From assembly GCA_002269645.1 (NCBI GenBank), contig NIVC01002932.1:1-64000 (forward strand): 64,000 nt of DNA. The letters run 5' to 3'. A program made the position numbers and the translations under genes. The notes beneath the pieces were generated by a model. The model saw nothing but the letters and a program-made list of their open reading frames with translations. It was not told the DNA's origin and did not search any database. This document shows, piece by piece, positions 26,126 through 39,220 of this stretch. Origin of the DNA: Macrostomum lignano. Its lineage: Eukaryota. Within the stretch, counting starts at the first letter, position 1; every line of letters starts with the position of its first letter.

Positions 26126-26673
26126 ACGGACAGGAATCCCTATACACATATTCCTAAAGCAGCAAGTGCTAAACCATTTTCTGAGCTCTGTGAAGCGACG
26201 AATAAGACTCAGCGCTGCTCAATCATTTTTAGAAGCAGGCAAGCCGCATCCGGCGACAGCAAAGTTTGTCAGAGCCGCTTCCGGTCATAAAAGCAGATTC
26301 CTGAGCAGCTGTTGGTGGCGGGATCCCACTGGAAAGGGTTTTTGAAACTCAAAATTGTCACTCTCGCGGTGGGGATGAATTGGGAGAAAAATTGTCAATA
26401 ATTGTCGTTTAAATTACCGCATGGCGAGGCTGGGAAGCCGCAGTTGAAAATTCCCCTGCAGCTGGGGGCTCTGCGACAGATTTTTCACAGCTCATCCATC
26501 CCAATTATACTAATGGATTGGGCAGGACTGATTCTTTGACAGAAATCGATCGCATGAGTTGCCCAACCAGATCCGATGGCGAACAGCGAAAATGCCAAGT
26601 GTTTTAAACTCAAAACATGTGATATAGATTAGCACTCCAGTCTATAATTTATGCTAGATTAGCAATCCAATAT

Positions 26674-29358
26674 CAGGGACTACTTGAACTAGGGATGGGA
26701 AACTGGCCAAATCATGCAGAAAATAGTTGGAGCCTGGTTTTTTCTAGTGTTCCTTAGAATTTATTATTTTTCGCCATCCTGAACAGAATTTATCCCTCTA
26801 CAAGATGCACAACTTAGTTTTTGTCAAGCTTCATTTTGAAAGTAGCAGTGATCTTTTTTTGTACAGGACCCCCCTTTTTTCTTGGGAATTTAACACAGCA
26901 AACGCCTGATTGAAATGTCGAGGGTTTCTGCACAAGCATAATCGCTATATTCAGTTAAGCTTGTAGCCGCTTCTGCTGCGTCGTCTAAAAATTAGCCTTG
27001 AATAACTGAATAAAAAATGAAATTTTCCTTGTCATTACTCTGAAAGTTGCACTGCAATGTATAAATAATCAGCGGTCCCAGTGCGTGACAACGATTGTCT
27101 GGCGAGCGCCGGTAGCCGGTAGGCGCGAGCCATAGACAAATCGTTGTCACGCACTGGGACCGCTGATTCTTTGCATTGTTTTTCTGTTTGACGATCTTAC
27201 AGACAATGCATTGTTTGTAGTAATGGATTGTTCTGCATTAAAAATGTGAATAATGATCGTCAAATTGCTAAACAATTACTCTGAAACCGAATCACGTGAA
27301 TTCGGAGGGGGGGCAATGGAAATAGAGCAAAGGGAAAGCAGAATACGTTTTTTTTCACAGTGTCGCAGTCGGTGACTGTACGTACGTATTTCTAGGTATA
27401 TTTTGTGGACATATTGGCATTCAAAATTTCACAAATATGTATTATAAACCTCTACATGGTGTCGCGTGTCAGTCAGTCTCGACTCATGGCACATTCAACA
27501 GTGGACAGCCGACTTTGGTCTTTGGTCTTGTAGCGCTGGACAAGGTCTTCAAAAAAGTAATTCGACAGTCGGCATGAGACAGCAGTTGCTGGAAAGTCGT
27601 GACCTGCAGGAAAGAAGTATTCGGCAATGGTCAGAAAACAGTTATGAACACGGGAGGCACAGCTTGGAGACTGCAGTGTAAGGCTGGCGGAGCATAGTCG
27701 AGAAAATGGAAACAGCCACTCAGGCCGGTATGCCAGCTTCCCCTGGAAACCATCTCCAGGAAATCGGAGGAATCAGAACTCCCCGCGCCTGCTTCTTGCG
27801 GTCAATTTTCCTTTACTGTGAGCTTGCTCGTAGTCGCCGGTTCATGCGAAGTCTCTCGATTTCACGCATCGTGCAGGACGTCTGGCTACGTCCACTGTCG
27901 GCTGTCCACTGTCTCGCCGTCTAGCTGAACCCTTCGATGAATCGGCGGTAGAACCCCAGCATGCCGAGGAACTGCTTCACCTCTTTGACCGACTTTGGAC
28001 TAGGGATGCTGCGAATGACCTCAAACTTGCTAGGGTCCGGTGCAATATCCTCCTGCTAGCTGATCAGGTGTCCCAGGTACAGCACCCGGCGATGGCCGAA
28101 CACGCTCTTCGCATTGTGCAGTTTGAGACCCGCATCTCGTAGCCGTTAAAAAACGCGCTCAAATCTCACTAGATGCTCGTCAAAGGTCCTGCTGAAGACG
28201 ATGATGTCGTTGATGTAAGTCAGCACGGAGTCCCAGGACAGACCGGAAATCACCAACTCCATCAGCCGCTGGAACGTCTGTCTGTGCGAAACCAGGTGGA
28301 TAAAAAGATCTTACAGATGCTGGACAGCCGCTGTGAGCTAGATTAGCATTGCAAATTCCAAAGCCCGTCTTGCGGAACTGCGTCAGGCCACGGGTCGAAT
28401 AGAAGGCAGTTTTAAACCGGTCCTCTTCCGCCACCTCCACCTAGCTAGTGGTAGCCCTGCCGGCAGTCGATGGTGGAGAACCAGGAGCACCCGACCATGC
28501 AGAGCATTCATGCTTGCTGCATGTGCGGCAGCGGGTACGCGTCCTTGACCGTGCAGGCATTCAGCTGCCGCCAGTCCGTGCATTTTTACGTTTTTGTGGA
28601 CCACCAGCAGGTTGCTCGCCCATGGCGACGACGACGGCTCGATGATGCCGCTGTCCAGCATCTGTAAGATCTTTTTATCCACCTGGTTTCGCACAGACAG
28701 AGGCAGACGGCGCTGCTTGGATTTGCCGGTGCGGCTGCGTTCCCGTTTCCAGTTCGACCTGGGCTGTAGCATCTCCGTAGTGCCCCAGGTCGAACTCGGG
28801 CTTGGCGAACAAGTTCTCGTTGCGCTCTAGCAGCTGCCGCAGCCTCGCTACATCCGGTCCGGGTAGCTCTACGTTCATTTTCCACCCGATGGGGGTCTCG
28901 TGAGCTTGGCTCGAAAAACGTTGGCTTGCTAGCGTGCTTTCTTGTTTCTTTCGCCTTTAGCTAAGCTCTTCATTCATATATACATACAAGGCTCTATTAG
29001 TCTTCAGACAGACTAAAGCCATGCTCGTTGCATACTCAGTTGATACACAAGTGTTACATGTATAAGTGATTCGTTTTATACCATAGACAAAAAGCCGTCT
29101 GACTGCAGATTTTTAAAAGGCATTCTCTATATAAAACACTGTGAAAAAGTACAAAAAAGCTCACTGCTACTTTCAAAATGAAGCTTGACAAAAACTAAGT
29201 TGTGCATCTTGTAGAGGGATAAATTCTGTGCAGGATGGCGAAGAAATCTGCCTTATACGTTCAATAATAAATTTTAGGGAGCGCTAGAAAAAAACCTGCC
29301 TTCAACTATTTTCTGTATGATTTGGCCAGTTTCCCATCCCTAGTTTAAGTAGTCCCTG
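26674..29358. mobile_element. Non-autonomous hAT-type element with long (~180-bp) imperfect TIRs, carrying foreign sequence
   Basis: 26674-26851 is the reverse complement of ~29162-29358 (CAGGGACTAC...GTAGTCCCTG); perfect 8-bp TSD TCCAATAT at 26666-26673 and 29359-29366. Confidence 0.9.
27860..28885 (-). pseudogene. Degenerate Gypsy reverse-transcriptase fragment (different family from the element at 16-20 kb)
   Basis: Fragments [66 protein letters not shown] spread over several frames with stops. Confidence 0.85.
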
Positions 29359-29419
29359 TCCAATATACTAAAAATCCATTCTATAATTTATGCTAGATTA
29401 ACAATTCATCGATCCTATT

Positions 29420-29570
29420 GATGTGAGCTAGATTAGCAATCCATTCTATTACTTGGGTGCTGTGAGCTAGATTAGCAATCCATTCTATTACTTGGGTGAT
29501 GTGAGCTAGATTAGCAATCCATTCTATTACTTGGGTGCTGTGAGCTAGATTAGCAATCCATTCTATTCCT
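29420..29570. repeat. 39-bp tandem repeat (TGTGAGCTAGATTAGCAATCCATTCTATTACTTGGGTGC), ~4 copies
   Basis: Direct. Confidence 0.9.
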
Positions 29571-30219
29571 TTATCGCTGTGGGCCTGATTGGCAACATTT
29601 TTATTGGAATGAATCGGATTTGATTCATTCCCAGCATGACATCGATTCATTCTATTTTAAATTTCATTAGAAGTTCTAGCATTTTACGCACAATGGTACT
29701 GCTAGTAGGCATCGAAGAATTTTCATCAATAAAATATTAACTCCGGCGACGCCATCGAATGCATACGAAGAGTTTCATTAAGGAAATGCTGTGGAATTTA
29801 TACCTGTCTATTTTGACTGACTTTGCAATGTACGGGAAAGGAGTTTAAAATGCAAAACTAGGCTGACTGCTTGGGCAATCAGCTGGTGGAGACCTCTGGC
29901 GTGTCTGAGGTGGGGAAAGCAAAAAATTAACTGAAAATATGAGTCTGCATAACCCCAGACGCTACATGCTGCTGCTGACATCGCCAAATTGAAGACAATT
30001 GACGTGCGCAAGAGACAATTGAGACAAAATTATTTTATCAGGAAGAAAAATTATGCCCCCAAAAAGGTTGATGCCGATCGTTGGCACATTGAAGATGCCA
30101 GCTGGCTTGCAGGGGAGACTTAGTCTTTTGTATTTGCCCGAAGGGAGGCGGCGTACAAGGCGGCGGTGCTGTGGTCGGGCGGTCACATCAAAACGCACGA
30201 GTGGCCACTTTCGCCAGAC

Positions 30220-30255
<36 letters not shown>

Positions 30256-30835
30256 TTGTGGTCTGATTCGTCTCCAGCTTGCGCCTGCTTCAGCTCCGCC
30301 TTTTGCTGCTTCTGCGCCAGCTGCTCCTCGCGGCAGCAACAACAGGAGCTGATTGACGCCCGCTGCTGTTTGAGCGCCATCAGCAGTCGCAGGTATTTCC
30401 TGCACCGCTTGCAATGCTGCTGCTGCTGCTCCTGCAGTTGCTGAAGCTGCTCGGTCGAAGTTCGTTCGTGACAGCCGGCCACGTGACCGGGCGACAAGTT
30501 GCGAAAGTCCGGACAACAGGGCAGGCGGAGGTTAGCAGCCTTGTAGCAGGCCATGCTGCAGTGAGTGCCGGACTAGCTGACTCCGTGATGCTCTTGTTGG
30601 CACTGCCGTGTTGCTTTAATATCGTCCCGGACCCGCGTTGATGTTGCCTCGCGTGCCCAGAAACTTGGTCCGCTTATGAATTGACTTCTCATGACCTCTA
30701 TACTTGTCTCGGTCGAAAATATCCTTATTGCACAAAATGTCTATGGGTGATAGGGGTGAAAATCTCAATATTTCCTTTTCGATGCACTCTCGTCACTCTT
30801 AATGCATTCAAGACTCACTCCCGATCAACATAATT

Positions 30836-30850
30836 AGTCAGTCAGCTAGC

Positions 30851-30885
<35 letters not shown>

Positions 30886-31006
30886 CTAGTTAGTTAGTTA
30901 GTTAGTTAGTTAGTCAGTTAGTTAGTTAGTTAGCTAGTTAGTTAGTTAGTTAGCTAGTTAGTTAGTTAACCAGTTAGCTAGTTAGCTAGTTAGTTAGTTA
31001 GTTAGC

Positions 31007-31037
<31 letters not shown>

Positions 31038-31038
31038 C

Positions 31039-31073
<35 letters not shown>

Positions 31074-31083
31074 CTAGTTAGTC

Positions 31084-31149
<66 letters not shown>

Positions 31150-31159
31150 CTAGTTAGTC

Positions 31160-31249
<90 letters not shown>

Positions 31250-31251
31250 CT
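30836..31251. repeat. (TTAG)n microsatellite (reverse complement of the TAAC array)
   Basis: Direct. Confidence 0.96.
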
Positions 31252-31691
31252 ACATAGGGGATTGCTGATATTTTGCACTTATTCTCGTGTTTACGTTGTT
31301 GACATTTTAATCTAAACTACGAGCTAAGTTGATTCGATGAGAACCATAGACGAACCTGCAGCTGCCGCGGCTGCATACCTGCTAATCAATTGAGAGAACA
31401 CCAGTTAATTTATTAAACCACCCGAACTGAGAATCGCAGAAAGTGCAGCAATTTATACTAACAAGCCGAGACATTTTATCTTGAGCGCAGCAAGGCCCAC
31501 TACCGACACTGATGACCCAATTGGCCGAAGAAACGGCTTACTTGCATGGCACCGCGAAATAAAACTTTGGTAAGGACTGCAGGGCCTAATGCTCGTTGCT
31601 CTTTTCATTGCATGTAAGACCGGCGTGAACTCAAATCTACAGATGAAAGGAAATGCTCACGTTTTGGCTCCTCACTCGCTCACCTTGTATA

Positions 31692-31875
31692 TCATGAACT
31701 CACTCATGAACTCACTCATGAACTCACTCATGAACTCACTCATGAACTCACTCATGAGTTTAGTCATGAACTCACTCATGAATTTAGTCATGAACTCACT
31801 CATGAATTTAGTCATGAATTCACTCATGAATTTAGTCATGAATTCACGCATGAATTTAGTCATGAACTCACTCAT
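31692..31875. repeat. 12-bp repeat (CATGAACTCACT / CATGAATTTAGT)
   Basis: Direct. Confidence 0.9.
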
Positions 31876-31992
31876 AAAAGTGAGCTCGCTCACTCACTCA
31901 TGAATCACTTCATCAACCCAGTACACTCGCTCCGTAGGTGCTGCACCCACTCAGACAAAGGCCAATCTCTCTCCTTCACGCAACCTCCGCAG

Positions 31993-32502
31993 GATGAGAT
32001 TCTGACAATGAGCAGTGGCAGGCCAACAGAGAGCGACGGAGGTGCCCTGAGCAGGGAAGCCATAATCAGCCTAGCGGTGACCCTCAGCCTGCTGTTCGCC
32101 CTCTCCATAGCCGTCGTGGCCGTTGTGATGCGGCTGAAAATGCAGAAGAAGAAATTCATACCGCCAAGGTATTCGACCAATTCCAGGCGTAAAACCGGCA
32201 GTTCTGGCGGTTCGGGCAAGAACAATGACGAGCGGCTGTCGCAGGACATTGTCATACCCGCGGCGCCCGTGACCAGCGCCTCCTCGAGGCCTAGCGGCGG
32301 CGTCAACTCTTCCAACAATGCCAGACGGAGGCAATTGCACAGCTGCAGTCGCAGCTCGCCGACGTCCTCAGCTTCTTCCGGAGCCAATCGGCGAAGCAGT
32401 TCAACCGGCTGCGACAGCGGCAACTGCATCGCGTCTCCAGCTGCAATTTCTTCTTCTGCAGCTTGCGGTGCGCGCCGTTCTCGGAGCGCCAGTTATAATT
32501 GA
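31993..32502 (+). CDS. Probable terminal exon of a single-pass membrane protein (TM helix plus Ser-rich cytoplasmic tail)
   Basis: Acceptor ctccgcag|GAT in frame; hydrophobic AIISLAVTLSLLFALSIAVVAVVM followed by basic RLKMQKKK; GC-rich codon usage. Could alternatively start at ATG 32008. Confidence 0.6.
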   Translation, partial: DEILTMSSGRPTESDGGALSREAIISLAVTLSLLFALSIAVVAVVMRLKMQKKKFIPPRYSTNSRRKTGSSGGSGKNNDERLSQDIVIPAAPVTSASSRPSGGVNSSNNARRRQLHSCSRSSPTSSASSGANRRSSSTGCDSGNCIASPAAISSSAACGARRSRSASYN

Positions 32503-32641
32503 GGAGTCAATGCGTTAGCTTTGTACCTGGGAGGAGCACGTACGCACGCTGATGGATTATTGTGCGTTACCCGGGATAAGCCAAGCTTTTTAACCCATAT
32601 TTTAATACTCTTTTTTAAATGATAATCACCCTGTTCTATCG

Positions 32642-33407
32642 CCTCGGTACAACCGGTGAAACCCTGTCCTATATATACCTCGGTACAACCGGTGAAACCC
32701 TGTCCTATACCTCGGTACAACCGGTGAAACCCTGTCCTATACCTCGGTACAACCGGTGAAACCCTGTCCTATACCTCGGTAAAACCGGTGAAACCCTGTA
32801 TTATATCTCGGTACAACCGGTGAAACCCTGTCCTATACCTCGGTACAACCGGTGAAACCCTGTCCTATACCTCGGTACAACCGGTGAAACACTGTCCTAT
32901 ACCTCGGTACAACCGGTGAAACCCTGCCATTTACATCTGTGCAACCGGTGAAACCCTGTCCTATACCTCGGTACAACCGGTGAAACCCTGTCCTATACCT
33001 CGATAAAACCGGTGAAACCCTGTCCTATACCTCGGTACAACCGGTGAAACCCTGTCCTATACCTCGGTACAACCGGTGAAACCTTGTCCTATACCTCGAT
33101 AAAACCGGTGAAACACTGTCCTATACCTCGGTACAACCGGTGAAACCCTGTCCTATACCTCGGTACAACCGGTGAAACACTGTCCTATACCTCGGTACAA
33201 CCGGTGAAACCCTGTCCTATACCTCGGTACAACCGGTGAAACCCTGTCCTATACCTCGGTACAACCGGTGAAACCCTGTCCTATACCTCGATAAAACCGG
33301 TGAAACCCTGTCCTATACCTCGGTACAACCGGTGAAACCCTGTCCTATACCTCGGTACAACCGGTGAAACCTTGTCCTATACCTCGATAAAACCGGTGAA
33401 ACCGGTA
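32642..33407. repeat. 32-bp minisatellite (CCTCGGTACAACCGGTGAAACCCTGTCCTATA), ~24 copies
   Basis: Direct. Confidence 0.95.
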
Positions 33408-34651
33408 AAGACATTTTATACTAAGACATATCGTAAAAATGATTCAAGATGAAAAAAACAGACACCTGATGCAACTTTATCTACGCTACGGAAGTCGTAA
33501 TGCGGCAAGTCAATCAAGTGCTGGCCTCACAAAAAACAGACTAATAAACTTTGTGTAACCTTGATGCGACCTGCCCGTCTACTCAACAAGCCTTCCTCGT
33601 ATAGTCATAAGCGGCAAAGCAGTCCGCATTATCATCTCTCAAAACCAAATCTTTCGCGACAAAGCTTTCCTGTTCCGAAAAAGCGCATTTGATTTTACTA
33701 TTTTAATTTGCTTCTTCAATCAGTTTTGTTTTGAAAAGCGTCTAAAAATTTTACTGCGTCAAATTCTGTTAAATTTGAAATTCAATGACTTCTGATCTTT
33801 TTATGTTGTGAAGCCTAATACTTTAATTGGTTTTCGTTAATATTTGGTTTTTACTACTGTTACCGCCCCATGCCATTAAACAAAATAATTGTCTGCCTCA
33901 GGATTGGCTGTTATATGCGTAACTTATTAAAAATTCAATGCTGAAATGTGCTGATGCTGGCAATCATATTTTTTTCATTGCCGTCCAAAAATTGCTAATT
34001 TCGATTCCCAATTGAAAGTCGCAAGCCTCGTGCTCTGATCCCATGGAATATTACATTTATCCTTACTGTATGCATGCAGCAATTTCTTGTTGAACTCACC
34101 GGAACTTCCCTATTCGATATGACCCAATGCTGGATCTTTCCTTTCCCATTGCCGAATGACACACAATTACATCTGATTAAAACACCTAATGAGCTGTGTT
34201 ACCATGTAAACCTTTGTGCCAGGCGTGGCAATTAAAGTAAAACTCATATTTTTTCACACCTGTGTACTGGGCATATATGCATTTAATGCTTTCAGTGTTC
34301 GCAATACCTTCGAATGTACCCACACAGACTGTACGCCCTTATAGCACCACATGGAGCGTACATTTATAGACACGAAACTGTTTATACTTTTCCGTAAACT
34401 ATTATTAATATATTCATTTATCATAGCTACCGCGAAGTGACTGCGAGTAAAAAACTAATCTATGTTGTCAACAGAAAATTCCCATCAGCTATTAATTAAC
34501 CACTAAATTCTTTCAGATGCTAATTCTGGGCTAAAGCACCCATTGAAAATTTGATACATTTTAATTTACTTCGATAATGATTTCTTTATTTAAATTCCAT
34601 GACACAAAAATGCTGATTTACAGGTCTCTTTTATCTGTGTTTCTTCATCAA

Positions 34652-36540
34652 TCCCATCTTTATCCCTGTTCCTGCATCCCATTCCCTCTATCCTCCTCTC
34701 CCACCTTTATCCCTGTTCGTGCATCCCGTTTCCTCTATCCCTCTCCCATCTTTATCCCTGTTCCTGCATCCCATTTCCTCTATCCTTCTCTCCCATCTTT
34801 ATCCCTGTTCCTGCATCCCATTTCCTCTATCCTTCTCTCCCACCTTTATCCCTGTTCCTGCATCCCGTTTCCTCTATCCTTCTCTCCCATCTTTATCCCC
34901 GTTCCTGCATCCCATTTCTTCTATCCTTCTCTCCCATCTTTATCCCTGTTCCTGCATCCCATTTCCTCTATCCTTCTCTCCCACCTTTATCCCTGTTCCT
35001 GCATCCCATTTCCTCTATCATTCTCTCCCATTTTTATCCCTGTTCCTGCATCCCATTTCTTCTATCCTTCTCTCCCATCTTTATCCCTGTTCCTGCATCC
35101 CATCTTTATCTCCGTTCCTGCATCCCATTTCTTCTATCCTTCTCTCCCATCTTTATCCCTGTTCCTGCATCCCATCTTTATCCCCGTTCCTGCATCCCAT
35201 TTCCTCTATCCTTCTCTCCCAACTTTATCCCTGTTCCTGCATCCAATTTCCTCTATCCTTCTCTCCCATCTTTATCCCTGTTCCTGCATCCCATTTCCTC
35301 TATCCCTCTCCCATCCTTATCCCTGTTCCTGCATCCCATTTCCTCTATCCTTCTCTCCCATCTTTATCCCAGTTCCTGCATCCCATTTCCTCTATCCTTC
35401 TCTCCCATCTTTATCCCTGTTTCTGCATCCCATCTTTATTACCATTCCTGCATCCCATTTCCTCTATCCTTCTCTCCCATCTTTATCCTCGTTCCTGCAT
35501 CCCATTTCCTCTATCCCTGTCTCCCATCTTTATCCCTGTTCCTGCATCCCATTTCCTCTATCCTTCTCTCCCATCTTTATCCCCGTTCCTCCATCCCATT
35601 TCCTCTATCCTTCTCTCCCATCTTTATCCCTGTTCCTGCATCCCATTTCCTCTATCATTCTCTCCCATCTTAATCCCTGTTCCTGCATCCCATCTTTATC
35701 TCCGTTCCTGCATCACATTTCTTCTATCCTTCTCTCCCATCTTTATCCCTGTTCCTGCATCCCATCTTTATCTCCGTTCCTGCATCCCATTTCCTCTATC
35801 CCTCTCTCCCATCTTTATCCCTGTTCCTGCATCCCATTTCCTCTATCCTTCTCTCCCATCTTTATCCCTGTTCCTGCATCCCATTTCCTCTATCCCTCTC
35901 CCATCTTTATCCCAGTTCCTGCATCCCATTTCCTCTATCCTTCTCTCCCATCTTTATCCCTGTTTCTGCATCCCATCTTTATCTCCGTTCCTGCATCCCA
36001 TTTCCTCTATCATTCTCTCCCATCTTTATCCCTGTTCCTGCATCCCATTTCCTCTATCATTCTCTCCTATCTTTATCCCTGTTCCTGCATCTTATCTTTA
36101 TCACCGTTCCTGCATCCCATTTCCTCTATCCTTCTCTCCCATCTTTATCCTCGTTCCTGCATCCCATTTCCTCTATCCTTCTCTCCCATCTTTATCCCTG
36201 TTCCTGCATCCCATTTCCTCTATCCTTCTCTCCCATCTTTATCCCTGTTCCTGCATCCCATTTCCTCTATCCTTCTCTCCCATCTCTATCCTAGTTCCTG
36301 CATCCCATTTCCTCTATCCCTGTCTCCCATCTTTATCCCTGTTCCTGCATCCCATTTCCTCTATCCCTGTCTCCCATCTTTATCCCTGTTCCTGCATCCC
36401 ATTTCCTCTATCCTTCTCTCCCATCTTTATCCCCGTTCCTGCATCCCATTTCCTCTATCCTTCTCTCCCATCTTTATCCCCGTTCCTGCATCCCATTTCC
36501 TCTATCCTTCTCTCCCATCTTTATCCCGTTCCTGCATCCA
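34652..36540. repeat. ~47-bp pyrimidine-rich satellite (CCCATCTTTATCCCTGTTCCTGCATCCCATTTCCTCTATCCTTCTCT)
   Basis: Direct; the long 677/616-aa ORFs are artefacts of its stop-poor composition. Confidence 0.95.
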
Positions 36541-37169
36541 ATTTACGTTTAAGAGCTTTTATGCTTTGACAACAGCAAAACTTCACAAGCTCAAGTTGTC
36601 ATGGTATTAACAATAGAGAAATTTGAGCAAGCAGAAGCGTGTAAAAACACTTGATTTGAAAGTGCGAAATTTCATGCTAGGGAAATGAACCTATATGCCT
36701 AATTGAATGTAGGATATTTTTCTAAATCGGATTATGAGTAAGTACAATAGCGGAATTTTTCGGGCGAACTTTTGTGCTGATGCTGCCAAACGCTTGAATG
36801 GAAACTTACAAAAAACACCCGCCTAGCAGCCAATTTGTCATACAGTAGTAGCTCTCTATTCAACATTTCTCCACATTGGCAGGCAGGCCATCTATCTGCT
36901 TGCGAAACTGAGCTTTTGAAAAAGGTCTCAAGACTTTTTGTGCCCATATGTCTATAACAGATACGAGTGTACGCAACTCTCTCTTTCAAATGTCAGTGAA
37001 TGAGACTGCGCTGCCCTTTGCAACTTTGCGCATCTTCTTTATATCATTATTATTGTCTAAAATTTTCAACAACTGTGCACAAGTTTGCCGTGTAGAAAAT
37101 TTTTGGGGGGGGGAGGCTGAATAGTTCCGAAATTTAATATATCTGAAAAGCAGCTCTTCCACAACTCCG

Positions 37170-38395
37170 AAACTTCATATCTCCGACACTTTATATCTCT
37201 CTGACACTCAATATCTCCGACACTTCATCTCCGATACTTCATATCTCCGACAATTCATATCTCCGATACTAATATCTCCGACACTTCATCTCCGACAATT
37301 CATATACCCGACACTTCATATCTCCGATACTAATATCTCCGACACTTCATCTCCGACAATTCATATACCCGACACTTCATACCTCCGATACTAATATCTC
37401 CGATACTAATATCTCCGACACTTCATCTCCGATACTGCATATCTCCGACAATTCATATACCCGACACTTCATACCTCCGATACTAATATCTCCGATACTA
37501 ATATCTCCGACACTTCATCTCCGATACTGCATATCTCCGACAATTCATATACCCGACACTTCATCTCTGATACTAATATCTCCGACAATTCATATACCCG
37601 ACACTTCATACCTCCGATACTAATATCTCCGACAATTCATATACCCGACACTTCATCTCTGATACTAATATCTCCGACAATTCATATACCCGACACTTCA
37701 TACCTCCGATACTAATATCTCCGACACTCTATCTCCGACAATTCATATACCCGACACTTCATATCTCCGATACTAATATCTCCGACACTTCATCTCCGAC
37801 AATTCATATACCCGACACTTCATATCTCCGATACTAATATCTCCGACACTTCATCTCCGACAATTCATATACCCGACACTTCATACCTCCGATACTAATA
37901 TCTCCGATACTAATATCTCCGACACTTCATCTCCGATACTGCATATCTCCGACAATTCATATACCCGACACTTCATCTCTGATACTAATATCTCCGACAA
38001 TTCATATACCCGACACTTCATCTCTGATACTAATATCTCCGACAATTCATATACCCGACACTTCATACCTCCGATACTAATATCTCCGACACTCTATCTC
38101 CGACAATTCATATACCCGACACTTCATATCTCCGATACTAATATCTCCGACACTCCATCTCCGACAATTCATATACCCGACACTTCATACCTCCGATACT
38201 AATATCTCCGACACTCCATCTCCGACAATTCATACCTCCGATACTAATATCTCCGACACTTTATATCTCTCTGACACTTCATATCTCCGATACTTCATAT
38301 CTCCGACAATTCATATACCTGACACATTATATCCCTCTGACACTCAATATATCCGATACTTAATATCTCGGACACTTCATATCTCCGATACCATA
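37170..38395. repeat. Complex satellite built on a 14-16-bp ATATCTCCGACACTTC core
   Basis: Direct. Confidence 0.92.
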
Positions 38396-38497
38396 CATGC
38401 GCAACTGCTGGCCGACCTGGCCGATCTGGCCACCGTAAATTGTGGTGGACCAGGGGTAAGTCGCAAAAATTCCCAGCCTGAAGAATGCGGACATGGT

Positions 38498-38561
38498 ACT
38501 AATTAGATGACGAGGCATTTATACCTTATAAGACAGTCATAGTTACTCCTGCCGTTTACCC
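38498..38561 (-). other. 64-bp diverged fragment of eukaryotic 28S rRNA (LSU domain IV, H69-H71 region); not a functional rRNA gene
   Basis: Minus strand GGGTAAACGGCAGGAGTAACTATGACTGTCTTATAAGGTATAAATGCCTCGTCATCTAATTAGT versus the conserved 28S GGGTAAACGGCGGGAGTAACTATGACTCTCTTAAGGTAGCCAAATGCCTCGTCATCTAATTAGT (recalled consensus). Confidence 0.85.
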
Positions 38562-38659
38562 AAAATTGCGTTAGGGTTTCTTTTACAGGTAAGTCGCATT
38601 TTTGGTCAAAAAGTAAGTCGCATGGCCAGTGTAAATCAGGGGGTTGCGGATGTATGTCC

Positions 38660-39220
38660 GATACTCAATATCTCCGACACTTCATATCACCGATACTCAA
38701 TATCTCCGACACTTCATATCACCGATACTCAATATCTCCGACACTTCATATCACCGATACTCAATATCTCCGACACTTCATATCACCGATACTCAATATC
38801 TCCGACACTTCATATCACCGATACTCAATATCTCCGACACTTCATATCACCGATACTCAATATCTCCGACACTTCATATCACCGATACTCAATATCTCCG
38901 ACACTTCATATCACCGATACTCAATATCTCCGACACTTCATATCACCGATACTCAATATCTCCGACACTTCATGTCTCGGACACTCCATATCTCCGACAC
39001 TCCATATCTCCTACACTTCATGTCTCGGACACTTCATATCTCCGACACTTCATGTCTCGGACACTCCATATCTCCGACACTCCATATCTCCTACACTTCA
39101 TGTCTCGGACACTCCATATCTCCGACACTCCATATCTCCTACACTTCATGTCTCGGACACTTCATATCTCCGACACTTCATGTCTCGGACACTTCATATC
39201 TCCGACACTTCATATCACCG
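38660..39220. repeat. 32-bp satellite (ATATCTCCGACACTTCATATCACCGATACTCA) and variants, same core as 37170-38395
   Basis: Direct. Confidence 0.92.

Noticed and set aside
29962-30641. Poly-Gln/poly-Ala ORFs around a (CTG)n tract
   Set aside because: GC-rich and possibly exonic, but no frame gives a recognisable domain or consistent splice model
8289-33407. CRISPR-like appearance of the 27-48-bp arrays
   Set aside because: Units are head-to-tail with no unique spacers, there are no cas genes, and the context is eukaryotic
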